Shown piece by piece: positions 46,327 through 56,017 of a DNA stretch of 64,000 nt; the stretch's first letter is position 1; every line of letters begins with the position of its first letter. The notes under the pieces are model-generated. The model saw only the letters and a program-made list of their open reading frames with translations, was not told the origin of the DNA and ran no database searches. The DNA comes from Candidatus Hydrogenedentota bacterium (GTDB taxonomy: Bacteria; Hydrogenedentota; Hydrogenedentia; Hydrogenedentales; SLHB01). The stretch lies in the NCBI GenBank assembly GCA_045863335.1, contig BTVY01000001.1, forward strand, positions 136,671-200,670. The letters run 5' to 3'. The position numbers and the translations under genes were made by a program.

Positions 46327-47034
46327 TTAATTGACATTCTTCCCAGTACCACGAATCTTTTTCCACAATTTCGTGAAACTATCCTCCAATGGCGTATCCA
46401 GAATTCGGATCATGCAACACGGGGCTGGGGCATCCCAGTTTCGGACGAGAGCACCACATTTTTCCAATTCCTTCAAGTGGTGCCAGAACACTTGAACCTC
46501 TTGCGCGCAGATGGATCGCCACGTCAAATACCCCTTTAATACGAGGGCAAACGCAATAAATATATATACTAGTGCAATATGGATGATGCTGATTCTGGGC
46601 GCAATTATGGCGACTTCCGAAAACCCCAAATACCATTTGAGTGTTACGTAGATGAACGCAATGAAAGCGGCAGATCCTGCAGACCAGCATGCGATGGTGT
46701 AGTGCCAAGCTCTACGATCATGTTCTTGGAAAGCCTGTGGAAAGCTATTGCCGTAAAACGTACATTCCCAAATCAGGAACGCCTCGTGGTCCGTGATGTT
46801 GTAGTTCTTCCAAAACTCCTTTATCGATCTGATAACGTCTCGGTGACGGGACGCAAATCCGAACCAGGTTTCAAAGGCCAATCGGAACGTCTGATGCCAA
46901 ACGAAACCTACGGTTGGAACCGCGATTGTGCCCAGAATGGCGTTGGAGATTGTTGCTACTTCAGGCTTACCAGTAAGTATATAGGCGGCCACTATGAACA
47001 CGCCGGGAAAAGAGAACCAGATGAGTCGTTCCAT
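46327..47034 (-). CDS. Hypothetical 4-TM membrane protein (lower-GC islet)
   Basis: 235-aa ORF, GAGG RBS, hydrophobic segments. Confidence 0.7.
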   Translation of the reverse strand: MERLIWFSFPGVFIVAAYILTGKPEVATISNAILGTIAVPTVGFVWHQTFRLAFETWFGFASRHRDVIRSIKEFWKNYNITDHEAFLIWECTFYGNSFPQAFQEHDRRAWHYTIACWSAGSAAFIAFIYVTLKWYLGFSEVAIIAPRISIIHIALVYIFIAFALVLKGYLTWRSICAQEVQVFWHHLKELEKCGALVRNWDAPAPCCMIRILDTPLEDSFTKLWKKIRGTGKNVN

Positions 47035-47057
47035 TCCTCGACCTCTCCTTAGTCTCG

Positions 47058-47444
47058 TCAGTCCTTACTTCCGACGAGCCAGCTTACTGAGGCAATGCTA
47101 TAAGAACCCGAGCTTCTCGCCTGCTTAAGCACGGAACCGTTCACGTTGATTTCTACCCCGATCGTTCCACCGTCTCCACTGTTCTGTGCCGAAATATGGG
47201 CATGTTCCCAGCCCTTAAATGTGTATTGGGGACTTGAAAAGGGTATCGAGACTTCGTGCTGCTCTGTGCCGCCACCCGGTGTTGAAATTGTACTGTGCGC
47301 ACCGTGCGCGGTACCAGTAACGCTGTACTTGACCGAGTAGGTTTGAGTTGTGTCCGGCATATCCGCAGTTCCGATCGCGAGCAAAATGAATAACGTCGCG
47401 ACTGCAAACGACACGACCTGTCTACTCGTATTCTCTCGCATCAT
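47058..47444 (-). CDS. Small exported beta-rich protein, MmpS-like
   Basis: Signal/anchor followed by VKYSVTGT...ISAQN..G.I..EI.VNG pattern; GGAGG RBS. Confidence 0.7.
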   Translation of the reverse strand: MMRENTSRQVVSFAVATLFILLAIGTADMPDTTQTYSVKYSVTGTAHGAHSTISTPGGGTEQHEVSIPFSSPQYTFKGWEHAHISAQNSGDGGTIGVEINVNGSVLKQARSSGSYSIASVSWLVGSKD

Positions 47445-47931
47445 ATTGGCCTCCAGTCTTTTGTTTCTTGACGTTCGGAATTAATAACCCAATGACGATG
47501 ACGACTCCGATGGCTACTAGATCCGCACTGTCATAGACACCGGTGATAACCCTCTGCCGCTGACAGAGTTCCACAACGACCGAAATCACCGGAATACACC
47601 AGAACCAGAAGGATCCAATTCGGCGTTCGGACTGCCACCAAATTGCTTTCATGCAAAGCAAATAGGACAGAACCCAAAGTGCGAATGGTAGTGACAAGAT
47701 AACCCACGCAGGAAGGAATCCAGTAACAATTTGGGCATTGGAACGCAATGCCTCAATCACTTTCATGAGACCAAGCCATTCGATAAATTGGAAAAACAGT
47801 AGTGATGTTGGCCGGAAGAGCACATATATCGATGATCCCAGTAGTAGTGACGCGCCTGAAAAACAAAAAAGATGTATCGGCCCGACGAAATAGCGAGAAT
47901 CACGGCGCAAACGACGTCTCTTTGCCTTCAT
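47422..47931 (-). CDS. Hypothetical membrane protein (VanZ-like C-terminal motif)
   Basis: G..IY.LFR, LP.ALW, VELCQ...ITGVYD..DL motifs; start 47931 inferred. Confidence 0.65.
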   Translation of the reverse strand: MKAKRRRLRRDSRYFVGPIHLFCFSGASLLLGSSIYVLFRPTSLLFFQFIEWLGLMKVIEALRSNAQIVTGFLPAWVILSLPFALWVLSYLLCMKAIWWQSERRIGSFWFWCIPVISVVVELCQRQRVITGVYDSADLVAIGVVIVIGLLIPNVKKQKTGGQYDAREYE

Positions 47932-47968
47932 TGACCGAATCTTTCGCCATGTTGTCTTGCAGTGCGCA

Positions 47969-48757
47969 TTAAAAACCAACTCCGCGCCAGCTCTTGAGTC
48001 GTGACCACAGCAGTACGCCGCCGAATATGACGAAGATTATGCCGGCGGGTAAGGTGGACAGACCCAGGAGTACTATAAGGGCGTAGATTACCCCCAGGCA
48101 GCCGATTTCTTTATGCATGTATGACTTTTGCAGGATCTGGCGACCACAACTGGGGCATGCGATAGCGTCCGCGGAACATGGTTCGCCACAGTCAGGACAT
48201 CGCTGGAGTCTTGTGTTAGTACCATGTGTGTGTAACGGACGCAGCACTTCGACTCGTTGGGGTATTGGCGGTAACGGTTCAATTTCCGTCACGTACGATG
48301 AATCATAGGTTGGAATGATTGGGTAGGTTTTTGCTTGATCGAGCATGTGTCCGCAGTACCGGCATTTCACAGCAGCTCGCTTGATGATTTCGGCGCACAT
48401 TGGGCACACCTTGGTATCGGTCGACGTCTCCAAAGATGTTTCGTCTGGGGGTGAACCGGCGTTCATCTCAGCTTCGGAGCGCAGCGCGATGTTGAGGTTT
48501 CCAATTCCAGGATTGGGTAACGGTGGTGGCTCTGACGGTGGCCGTGTTTGAGTGGATTCGCTGTTAGGCTGGAATTTGTCGTCTTCTATGGGAATTGCGT
48601 CTATCCTCAGAATCCGGTCGATCTCTCTGTACCGTTTTTGCAGCCAGTCCTTAATCTCTTGCGTGAACTCGTTGTTCACTTTCATCTCTCGGTATTGTTT
48701 ACGGATTGCTTGAGCTTCGTTGATAAGCTCTTCACGCTCACTCTTGCTCAGGGCCAT
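47969..48757 (-). CDS. Double zinc-ribbon protein with C-terminal TM hairpin
   Basis: CPMCAEIIKRAAVKCRYCG and CPDCG...CPSCG ribbons, Pro-rich linker, two C-terminal TMs. Confidence 0.75.
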   Translation of the reverse strand: MALSKSEREELINEAQAIRKQYREMKVNNEFTQEIKDWLQKRYREIDRILRIDAIPIEDDKFQPNSESTQTRPPSEPPPLPNPGIGNLNIALRSEAEMNAGSPPDETSLETSTDTKVCPMCAEIIKRAAVKCRYCGHMLDQAKTYPIIPTYDSSYVTEIEPLPPIPQRVEVLRPLHTHGTNTRLQRCPDCGEPCSADAIACPSCGRQILQKSYMHKEIGCLGVIYALIVLLGLSTLPAGIIFVIFGGVLLWSRLKSWRGVGF

Positions 48758-49104
48758 TGTAGTCACCCCGGTTGTAGGTACGTCCCATCCCAGTGTCCAT
48801 ACTATATCATCAGTGTTTCGGCTACGCAAAAATAGGGGAATTTGGAAAGTGACGGTGAATAGAATTGGCACGACCGGCGGATTGTTGGAACTTCGACGCC
48901 TTCAAACATCTCACTTCTCCTCCCCGCTGCCCGGGCCGCTTCTCGCCCTTGAGTAGCTCCGTGTTCACCTTGCCGCATTTGAGGAAGACGGCGCTGGGGT
49001 AGAGGACGCCAAGGGCGGGGTTCGTGGCTGGCGAAGAGATCGTAGGCGCCAATTGAGCGACGAGGTTGGGAAGCGATAGACTAGCCGTAACGAGGAGGTA
49101 AGCG

Positions 49105-49332
49105 ATGAAGACGCACGTTCTTAGGGGATCAAAGCAGGAAATCGCTGAGAGCCTTGCCCGGATCAGCGGCGAGGTGCGCGAGGCCATCGTGTTCGAAGAG
49201 GAGCCGGCAACGGCGCCTACGCCGACAGGCGGCGATGCAGATCTCTTCGCGGAGATGCGTCCGTTCATGGTTGACGTCCCGGAAGTGGACGACTCGCGTG
49301 ACGCAATCTACACACGGGTGGAAGGCGAATGA
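49105..49332 (+). CDS. Putative antitoxin of a PIN-domain toxin
   Basis: 75 aa, acidic C-terminus ending DDSRDAIY, ATGA overlap with toxin, AGGAGG RBS. Confidence 0.75.
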   Translation: MKTHVLRGSKQEIAESLARISGEVREAIVFEEEPATAPTPTGGDADLFAEMRPFMVDVPEVDDSRDAIYTRVEGE

Positions 49333-49775
49333 TCCTGCTGGACACGAACCTGCTCACCCGTGTGACCAGGTCGCAGGAGGCGGAGTCGGACGTGGCTCGT
49401 GCGGCCATTCAGAAGCTCGCCGGGCGAGGCGAACGGCTCATACTCGTTCCGCAGAACCTTTACGAATTCTGGGCGGTGGCGACGCGACCACCGGGACCGC
49501 CCCCCGGAGGTGCCAATGGCTTGGGAATGGCACCGTCACAAGCCGGACTCTGGCTGCGCTTCTTCCAGCGACGATTCACCATGCTTCCTGACCGCGAGGA
49601 ACTCACTACCCTTTGGCAATCGCTGGTTGAGGATCACTGCATCACGGGCTTTCGCGCCCACGATGCCCGTCTGGTGGCGGCCATGCAAAGTTACGGGATC
49701 ACTCGCCTGCTTACGTTCAATGCAGCTCACTTCCGAGCCCTGCCGGTCACGATTCTCGATCCTGCCACACTCTGA
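49329..49775 (+). CDS. PIN-domain (VapC-family) toxin
   Basis: ILLDTNLL, QNLYEFW, HDARLVAAM, LLTFN. Confidence 0.92.
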   Translation: MILLDTNLLTRVTRSQEAESDVARAAIQKLAGRGERLILVPQNLYEFWAVATRPPGPPPGGANGLGMAPSQAGLWLRFFQRRFTMLPDREELTTLWQSLVEDHCITGFRAHDARLVAAMQSYGITRLLTFNAAHFRALPVTILDPATL

Positions 49776-49839
49776 GGAAATCCTGCCATATCCTCGCGGC
49801 ATTGGAGCTACGCGGGAGAATTGCCGGAAGAAAAGTCAG

Positions 49840-51507
49840 TTAGCCACCGTGCGTCTTCAGCATTTCGGCGGCGTGCTGCACGCTCACTTCTGACAGCGAT
49901 CCATCCAACAGGCGTGCCAGCTCGTTGACGCGGGCATCGGCATCGACGGCGACGGCGGTTGTCGACGTGCGTCCTTTGGAGGTGGACTTGGCGACGTGCA
50001 GATGGCGGTGGGCGGCGGCGGCGATCTGCGGCAGGTGCGTGATGCAGATGGTCTGATGGGACTGGGCAAGTTCGCGCAATCGCGTCGCCACTTTGTTTGC
50101 CACCGCTCCGCCGACCCCGGCGTCGATCTCGTCGAAGATGAGCGTCGGTATCTTGTCGGCAGAAGCGAAGACCGTCTTGATCCCCAGCATAACGCGCGAG
50201 ATTTCGCCGCCGGACGCGACCTGCCGGAGCGGCTTGGGGCTTTCCCCGGGATTTGCCGCGAGCAAGAACTCGACCCGGTCGGCGCCGGTGCGGGTGAGTT
50301 CTACGGTTTCGAAGCGTGTTTGGAAGGTCCCGCCTTTCATGCCGAGTTCCTGGAGCGCGGCCGAGACCTTCTTATCCAGTTTGGCCGCCGCAGCCTGGCG
50401 TTTCCCGGACAACTCGCGCGCCGCGGCTTCGGCCTCTTTCGCCAATTTTCGGCATTGCGCCTGTAAGTCCGCGATGGACTTGTCACGCTGGTCGAAGCGC
50501 TCGACTTCCGCGACCGCGCGGTCGCGATACTCCAAGATAGCATCGATGGAATCGCCGAACTTCCGCTTCAGATTTCCGATAAGACTGATGCGCTGATTGA
50601 GCGACTCGAGTTCCTGGGGATCGAACTCGAGTTCTTGCGTATGGCGGCGCAGTTCCGTGCAAAAGTCGTCCAGCGTGGCCCGAATCGCGCCAAGTTGCTC
50701 CGACAAGGGCCGGAACTGTTCGTCCACTTCGCCCAACTGGTCGAGTGCCGTGAGGGCCGCGTCCACGGAGTCGATGGCCGCTTGACCTTCACCTTCGTAG
50801 AGCGCCGTGTAGGCTGTGCTGGTCAGTTCGACGACCTTTTCCGCGTTGGTAATGAGATTGCGACGGGCTTTGACCTCGTCTTCTTCGCCCGGCTCAAGAT
50901 TCGCCGCATTGATTTCGGACACCTCGAACCGCAGGAACTCGACGCGGCGCGCGCGTTCCCGATCGTCGGATTCCAAGGCCGCCAATTCCTGTTGCAGGCG
51001 GCGCAGTTCCGTTACCTGCTCGCCGACGTTCGCGGCATCGGATTCTGTTCCACCGAAGGCGTCCAGCAGGTCCAGTTGACGGTCGGCTTTCAGCAGGGAT
51101 TGGTGGTCGTGTTGTCCGTGCAGATCGACCAGCTCGTCGCCGATTCGGGAGAGCACCGTGATGGGGACGATAGAATCCCCTGCGTACGCGCGGCTACGCC
51201 CGTCTGATCCCACCACGCGAGAGAGATGGAGTTGGCCGTCTTCCAGCTCGATCTCGTGCTCATCGAGGATATCCTTGAGCCGCCGCGGTATCCGTTGCAG
51301 GGAGAAAACCGCGTGGATCTTGGCGCGTTTCGCCCCGGAGCGAACCGTTTCGTTTGACGCGCGTGCTCCCAGCACAAGGTTAAGCGCGCCGACGATAATG
51401 GATTTTCCTGCGCCAGTTTCGCCGGTGAGCACGTTGAACCCGGGCCGAAACTCGACCTCGAGAGAGTCGATGAGCGCGTAGTTCTCAATCCGAAGGACTT
51501 CAAGCAT
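49840..51507 (-). CDS. recN: DNA repair protein RecN
   Basis: LTGETGAGKS, LHGQHDHQ, ASGGEISR, FDEID, ITHLPQ. Confidence 0.98.
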   Translation of the reverse strand: MLEVLRIENYALIDSLEVEFRPGFNVLTGETGAGKSIIVGALNLVLGARASNETVRSGAKRAKIHAVFSLQRIPRRLKDILDEHEIELEDGQLHLSRVVGSDGRSRAYAGDSIVPITVLSRIGDELVDLHGQHDHQSLLKADRQLDLLDAFGGTESDAANVGEQVTELRRLQQELAALESDDRERARRVEFLRFEVSEINAANLEPGEEDEVKARRNLITNAEKVVELTSTAYTALYEGEGQAAIDSVDAALTALDQLGEVDEQFRPLSEQLGAIRATLDDFCTELRRHTQELEFDPQELESLNQRISLIGNLKRKFGDSIDAILEYRDRAVAEVERFDQRDKSIADLQAQCRKLAKEAEAAARELSGKRQAAAAKLDKKVSAALQELGMKGGTFQTRFETVELTRTGADRVEFLLAANPGESPKPLRQVASGGEISRVMLGIKTVFASADKIPTLIFDEIDAGVGGAVANKVATRLRELAQSHQTICITHLPQIAAAAHRHLHVAKSTSKGRTSTTAVAVDADARVNELARLLDGSLSEVSVQHAAEMLKTHGG

Positions 51508-52261
51508 GGCCAGCTACTGATTTCCCAGACAACCCTGCCTTTATCAGCCGCATGAGGAACTCCCGGTTCCCAGCGGGTCCGGTCAGCGGAGAGGGTATCA
51601 CAGGGCCCGGCGAGAAACCCAGTTCCCGCGCGGCCGATTCGAGATCGGCAAGCACCCGCTCGTGGACCTCCGGATCGCGAACGACGCCGCCCTTCCCCAC
51701 GCTTTCGCGTCCCGCTTCGAACTGCGGTTTAACAAGGACCACGCCCTCCGCGTGGGGCGAGGTCAGCTTCGCAATGGAGGGCAAGACAAGGCGGAGCGAA
51801 ATGAACGAGCAGTCCGCCACGAAGACGTCCGGCACGTCATCCAGGGCCTCGGAATCGAGGTGCCGTATATTGGTTCGTTCCAAGACGACCACGCGCGAAT
51901 CCTGACGCAACTTCCAAGCGAGCTGGCCATACCCGACGTCTACGGCGTAGACCTTCGCGGCGCCGTGCTGCAGAAGACAATCGGTGAAGCCGCCGGTCGA
52001 CGCGCCCACGTCGATGGCGACTTTCCCTTCCACTTCGAGCGCGAAGGCCTCGAACGCCGCTTCGAGTTTTTCGCCGCCGCGGCTTACAAAGCGAGGCTCT
52101 TCGCGAATCTCCAGCGCAGTGTCGGAGGGAACTCGCGCGCCGGGCTTGTCGAGTTTCTCGCCATCGGAAGAATAGACCATACCCGTGTGAATCATACCTT
52201 GTGCCCGGGACCGGGTCACGCCTGCCAACCGTTGGACGAGTACGTCTAGCCGTTCTTTCAT
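51500..52261 (-). CDS. tlyA: TlyA family rRNA (cytidine-2'-O)-methyltransferase
   Basis: KERLD S4 domain, FVSRGGEKL, DVGASTGGFTD, LVKPQFE, GNREF. Confidence 0.96.
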   Translation of the reverse strand: MKERLDVLVQRLAGVTRSRAQGMIHTGMVYSSDGEKLDKPGARVPSDTALEIREEPRFVSRGGEKLEAAFEAFALEVEGKVAIDVGASTGGFTDCLLQHGAAKVYAVDVGYGQLAWKLRQDSRVVVLERTNIRHLDSEALDDVPDVFVADCSFISLRLVLPSIAKLTSPHAEGVVLVKPQFEAGRESVGKGGVVRDPEVHERVLADLESAARELGFSPGPVIPSPLTGPAGNREFLMRLIKAGLSGKSVAGHA

Positions 52262-52267
52262 GTCAGT

Positions 52268-52276
52268 ACACTATCA
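52268..52276 (-). promoter_or_regulatory. Extended -10 promoter for tlyA (predicted leaderless)
   Basis: Minus strand TGA-TAGTGT followed by 6 nt and then ATG; no SD. Confidence 0.5.
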
Positions 52277-52324
52277 AGATTGCGCTCACAATGGCGACGT
52301 TATCCGCGACTTCACCGGGTCCCG

Positions 52325-53473
52325 TCAAGGCTGCTGTACCGGAGCCAATTGGGAGGCGCTCGGGGATGGTTTCGCCAAGAGCATTGCCCGATCTGCAGGC
52401 GGCTCGAGTGGCGCGTGAGAAAACCCGCCGGGGTCGGTTTGATACCAGTAATAGACGGTTGCGTAGTCGACCCAGCATCCGCCGCCGGCGATCGCCTTAT
52501 TCCAGGTATCCATCCATTCCTTGCTGGCAAACATATGACGTTCGTTACGCCAACTGATGCTCCAGCGCAGCGATTCTTGGAATCGGATGGGTTGATGATC
52601 GTGAAACCGGTATATGGAGAGCATACCCGGAGTCTCCGGTCTTACGAGAGGCATGCCCGCGCGCAACCCCGCGAAGGTATTCTGGAATCCCCAACTGAAG
52701 GTAAAGGAATCCTCACTGCCAAGGTAGTCGATTTGGCGTTCACGCCCGTCGATGTCGACCTCGTTATTGCCCTCCATCACCATCATGAATCCCTCGAATG
52801 CCGGTTCGCTGGTAACCACACTGAACTGGCGGCCGAGAATGTGCCCCGCGCCTTGCACTTCAAAGAAGGTCTGCTCGGTTTCCGGGGTCAACTGAAAGCA
52901 CTTCCGCGCGTATGTTGCGTGGAAGTACCCCAGCCGGTCGTCCCACTTTGGTAACGGCTCCCATTCCACGAACGTGTAGTTCGTCAGTTCCTGATTGGTA
53001 TCGTTTCGCAGGTACACTTGCGCCCGAGACTTGAATGGCATCGGGATATAGCAGTTGTAGCTCCACGGCGCGCATTCGATAAAGAGTGACGTGAAATACT
53101 CGCTCTGTCCGTTGCACCCATCCCCGAAGAAATCCGCCAGCGGACAATGCACCGCGGGCGCCTCAGCATCGTCAAACCAAATCTCCAGCACGACGCCACG
53201 GGCGGCGATCTCCTTGGGATCGTGACGCGTGACGTGAATCTGGTTGATAACGCCCGGCCCCGCCAGGTCGGCTACAAGCATGGACTTGCCCGCTTCGAGG
53301 GTTGGAAGTGCGTCATAGCGGTCGTATTTCCACCCGGCGTTTGCGAATCCCGTTTGAACACCTGGCTTGACCACAGCGACGCCGGAGATAGGCGGGGCTG
53401 ACGTTTGGCACGACGTGATCGCGCAGGCGACAAAGCAGACTGCTGCCGCCCCAATAGCGCAACGAACGCGCAT
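52325..53473 (-). CDS. DUF2961 / GH172-family glycoside hydrolase, lipoprotein
   Basis: GPGVINQIHVT, PLADFFG, YIPMPF, EGN and GSEDSF acidic motifs, YRFH..QPI.F, YWYQ; lipobox ITSC; AAGGAGG RBS. Confidence 0.88.
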   Translation of the reverse strand: MRVRCAIGAAAVCFVACAITSCQTSAPPISGVAVVKPGVQTGFANAGWKYDRYDALPTLEAGKSMLVADLAGPGVINQIHVTRHDPKEIAARGVVLEIWFDDAEAPAVHCPLADFFGDGCNGQSEYFTSLFIECAPWSYNCYIPMPFKSRAQVYLRNDTNQELTNYTFVEWEPLPKWDDRLGYFHATYARKCFQLTPETEQTFFEVQGAGHILGRQFSVVTSEPAFEGFMMVMEGNNEVDIDGRERQIDYLGSEDSFTFSWGFQNTFAGLRAGMPLVRPETPGMLSIYRFHDHQPIRFQESLRWSISWRNERHMFASKEWMDTWNKAIAGGGCWVDYATVYYWYQTDPGGFSHAPLEPPADRAMLLAKPSPSASQLAPVQQP

Positions 53474-53580
53474 GGATTGGTCCTCCTTCCTTGTCGTTTG
53501 CCCCCACAATTTCGTTCGACTGTGGAAGCGCAACACCGACCCGCAGATATGGCGCCAAGATCGAGAGGATGCTGAAGAAG

Positions 53581-54060
53581 TCAGATCCCCTTTCCCAACA
53601 AGACGACGGCCTGCGCGGATATGGCTTCGCCGCGGCCTTCGGGTCCGACATGCTCGTTCGTCTTGGCCTTCACGGATACCGCGTCCAGGGGTAAGCCGAG
53701 ACACGCTGCCAGGGACGCGCGAATCGCGTCGATATGAGGGTTGAGTTTGGGTTGCTGCGCGACGATGTTCGAATCGACGTTGACGATATGAAAACCGTGC
53801 TCGTTGATCATGCCGACGGCGTTGCGTAGCAGTACCATGCTGTCCGCATCCTTGTAACGGGGGTCGGTGTCGGGGAAATGCTGACCGATATTCCCGAGCG
53901 CGGCAGCGCCGAAGAGCGCGTCCGTAATGGCGTGGGCCAATACATCCGCGTCGGAATGGCCGGCGAGGCCTTTCTCGTAGGGCACTTGGACACCTCCAAG
54001 AATGAGCGGGCGCCCCGCTTCCAGACGGTGAAGATCGTAACCAATTCCAACACGAATCAC
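53581..54060 (-). CDS. ispF: 2-C-methyl-D-erythritol 2,4-cyclodiphosphate synthase
   Basis: [29 protein letters not shown]. Confidence 0.98.
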   Translation of the reverse strand: MIRVGIGYDLHRLEAGRPLILGGVQVPYEKGLAGHSDADVLAHAITDALFGAAALGNIGQHFPDTDPRYKDADSMVLLRNAVGMINEHGFHIVNVDSNIVAQQPKLNPHIDAIRASLAACLGLPLDAVSVKAKTNEHVGPEGRGEAISAQAVVLLGKGI

Positions 54061-54148
54061 GGGTTCATTCCTTCTTCCATACCACGAGGAACACGTTTTG
54101 TGAACGCCATAGCGGCACTGCTGATTCTGGTCGCTGCAGGCGCCCGCG

Positions 54149-54841
54149 TCAAGAGAGTCCCCCGGCGATTACGCGCTCGGCCAAAGCGAGATCCTCGCGA
54201 GTGGTCACCTTGAAATTCAGCGGCGATCCCTGCACCAGTTTGACGCGACCGCCGCTCCGTCGCACCAGCGTGGCGTCGTCCGTGCCGAGATGATCCTCTT
54301 CTCCGGCCTTCGCGTGCGCCTCCCGGATCACGGAAACGCGAAAAGTCTGCGGCGTTTGACAGGCCCATAAACGAGCCCGGTCCGGTGTATTCACGAGAAA
54401 CGCGTCGTCGTCTCCGACAAGGATTGTGTCGATGGACGGAATCGCGACGGTGGCCGCGCCGAACTCCCGTGCGGCCTCGATAGATGCGCGGATGGCCGAT
54501 TCCGGAACGAAAGGCCGGGCGGCGTCGTGGATGACGACGATCTCGGTATCGGGCCGCAACGCGTCAAGTCCGTTGCACACGGAAATCTGACGCTCAGACC
54601 CGCCATCGGCCCAGGTGAACCGATACTCCGAAAACGCCGCCGTCAGAGCCTGCTCCATCTCAGCCCGGCTCTCCGGCGGGCCGACGATGACCGCACCATC
54701 CGCAAGACCCAAGGCATCGAACCGCGAGAGGGTCCAAATGAGAAGGGGTTGGCCCGCCAGTTGGATCAACGCTTTCGGTCGGCCGGCCCCCAAGCGCTGC
54801 CCCATCCCGGCGGCGGGAATGAGAAGTTGGACGCGTTCCAC
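54149..54841 (-). CDS. ispD: 2-C-methyl-D-erythritol 4-phosphate cytidylyltransferase
   Basis: [31 protein letters not shown]. Confidence 0.97.
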   Translation of the reverse strand: MERVQLLIPAAGMGQRLGAGRPKALIQLAGQPLLIWTLSRFDALGLADGAVIVGPPESRAEMEQALTAAFSEYRFTWADGGSERQISVCNGLDALRPDTEIVVIHDAARPFVPESAIRASIEAAREFGAATVAIPSIDTILVGDDDAFLVNTPDRARLWACQTPQTFRVSVIREAHAKAGEEDHLGTDDATLVRRSGGRVKLVQGSPLNFKVTTREDLALAERVIAGGLS

Positions 54842-54854
54842 TCCGGACCTCAAA

Positions 54855-55934
54855 TCAGGAGACGACGCGCTGGAGTTTGCCGAAAATCATGCGGCCCGCG
54901 GTCGTCTGCAACACGCTCGTTACAAGCGCCATGACTTCCTTGCCCACGAACTCCCGGCCGCCATCCACAACGACCATGGTGCCGTCGTCGAGATAACCAA
55001 CCCCCTGCTGGGCCTCCTTGCCTTCCTTCACGATCCGGACGTGCAACTGCTCATCGGGGAGAAGGGCGGGCTTCAGCGCGTTCGCCAAGTCGTTCAGGTT
55101 GAGCACCTCGATGCCGTCGATCTGGGCCACTTTGTTCAGGTTGAGGTCGTTTGTGAGGATCTTGGCCCGGAACTCCCTCGCAAGGTGAATCAGTTTGGCG
55201 TCGACTTGTTCGATGCCGGGCGGGTCGTCCTCGATCACTTCAACCGTGACCTTGCTGTCCGATTGTTGAAGCTGCTTGAGGATGTCCAGGCCGCGACGCC
55301 CGCGAACCCTCCGGAGTTCGTCGGCGGAGTCGGCAATGTTCTGGAGTTCCCGAAGGACGAAGCGCGGAATGATGAGGGTACCTTCCACGAAGCCGGTCTG
55401 GCAGACTTCCGCAATCCGGCCATCAATGATCACGCTCGTGTCGACGAGCTTCGGATTGCCGCGGGCAAACTCGCGCCGATGCACGGCCTGAATGAGCGTG
55501 CCCCAATGCGTGGCCCGCGAAAGGCCCAGCCAGATTCCCACATAGCCAAAGACGAGCACCAGCGATGTGGTGAGATAAATCTCGATGGTCCGATCGTAGA
55601 TGGGATACCAGATGAGGACGTATTTTGCGAGAAAGTAGCCCACCATCATGGCCAGAACAATAGCCACCAGGGCAGGGAACATCCGTTCGAACAGTTCCTG
55701 GGTGATGAAATACAGGACAAAGATGATCGCCCCGGCGATGGAGCCACCGGCGAGGCAGCCCAGGAAGGTCCACAAGGAAACGCTGTGGGGTAAGGGCGCT
55801 TCCTGCCCCGGCGGTATCCGGCTCAGTTGAAGCGTGATACTCTCGTTGTATTCATTGACGAGGTAATACGCCCAAAACCCGCCCATGGCGATACACGCTA
55901 GTACGAAGAGTCCGCGGACAATCTTGCTAGACAC
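54855..55934 (-). CDS. PIN/TRAM domain membrane protein (YacL-like)
   Basis: TMs, then DTSVIIDGRI, RGRRGLD, TNDLNL, GYLDDGTMVVV, LQTTAGRMIF; upstream of ispD. Confidence 0.95.
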   Translation of the reverse strand: MSSKIVRGLFVLACIAMGGFWAYYLVNEYNESITLQLSRIPPGQEAPLPHSVSLWTFLGCLAGGSIAGAIIFVLYFITQELFERMFPALVAIVLAMMVGYFLAKYVLIWYPIYDRTIEIYLTTSLVLVFGYVGIWLGLSRATHWGTLIQAVHRREFARGNPKLVDTSVIIDGRIAEVCQTGFVEGTLIIPRFVLRELQNIADSADELRRVRGRRGLDILKQLQQSDSKVTVEVIEDDPPGIEQVDAKLIHLAREFRAKILTNDLNLNKVAQIDGIEVLNLNDLANALKPALLPDEQLHVRIVKEGKEAQQGVGYLDDGTMVVVDGGREFVGKEVMALVTSVLQTTAGRMIFGKLQRVVS

Positions 55935-56017
55935 TTACTTCTCCCGTTCAGGTATGAATGCGAATAATGAATGATCGGCTGAATCAATACCGCTTATGAT
56001 ACACAATAATACATCGG

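Noticed and set aside
48900-49060. Coding-like fragment on the minus strand (PALGVLYPSAVFLKCGKVNTELLK)
   Set aside because: May be a gene remnant at the islet edge, but I cannot assign a family or a start
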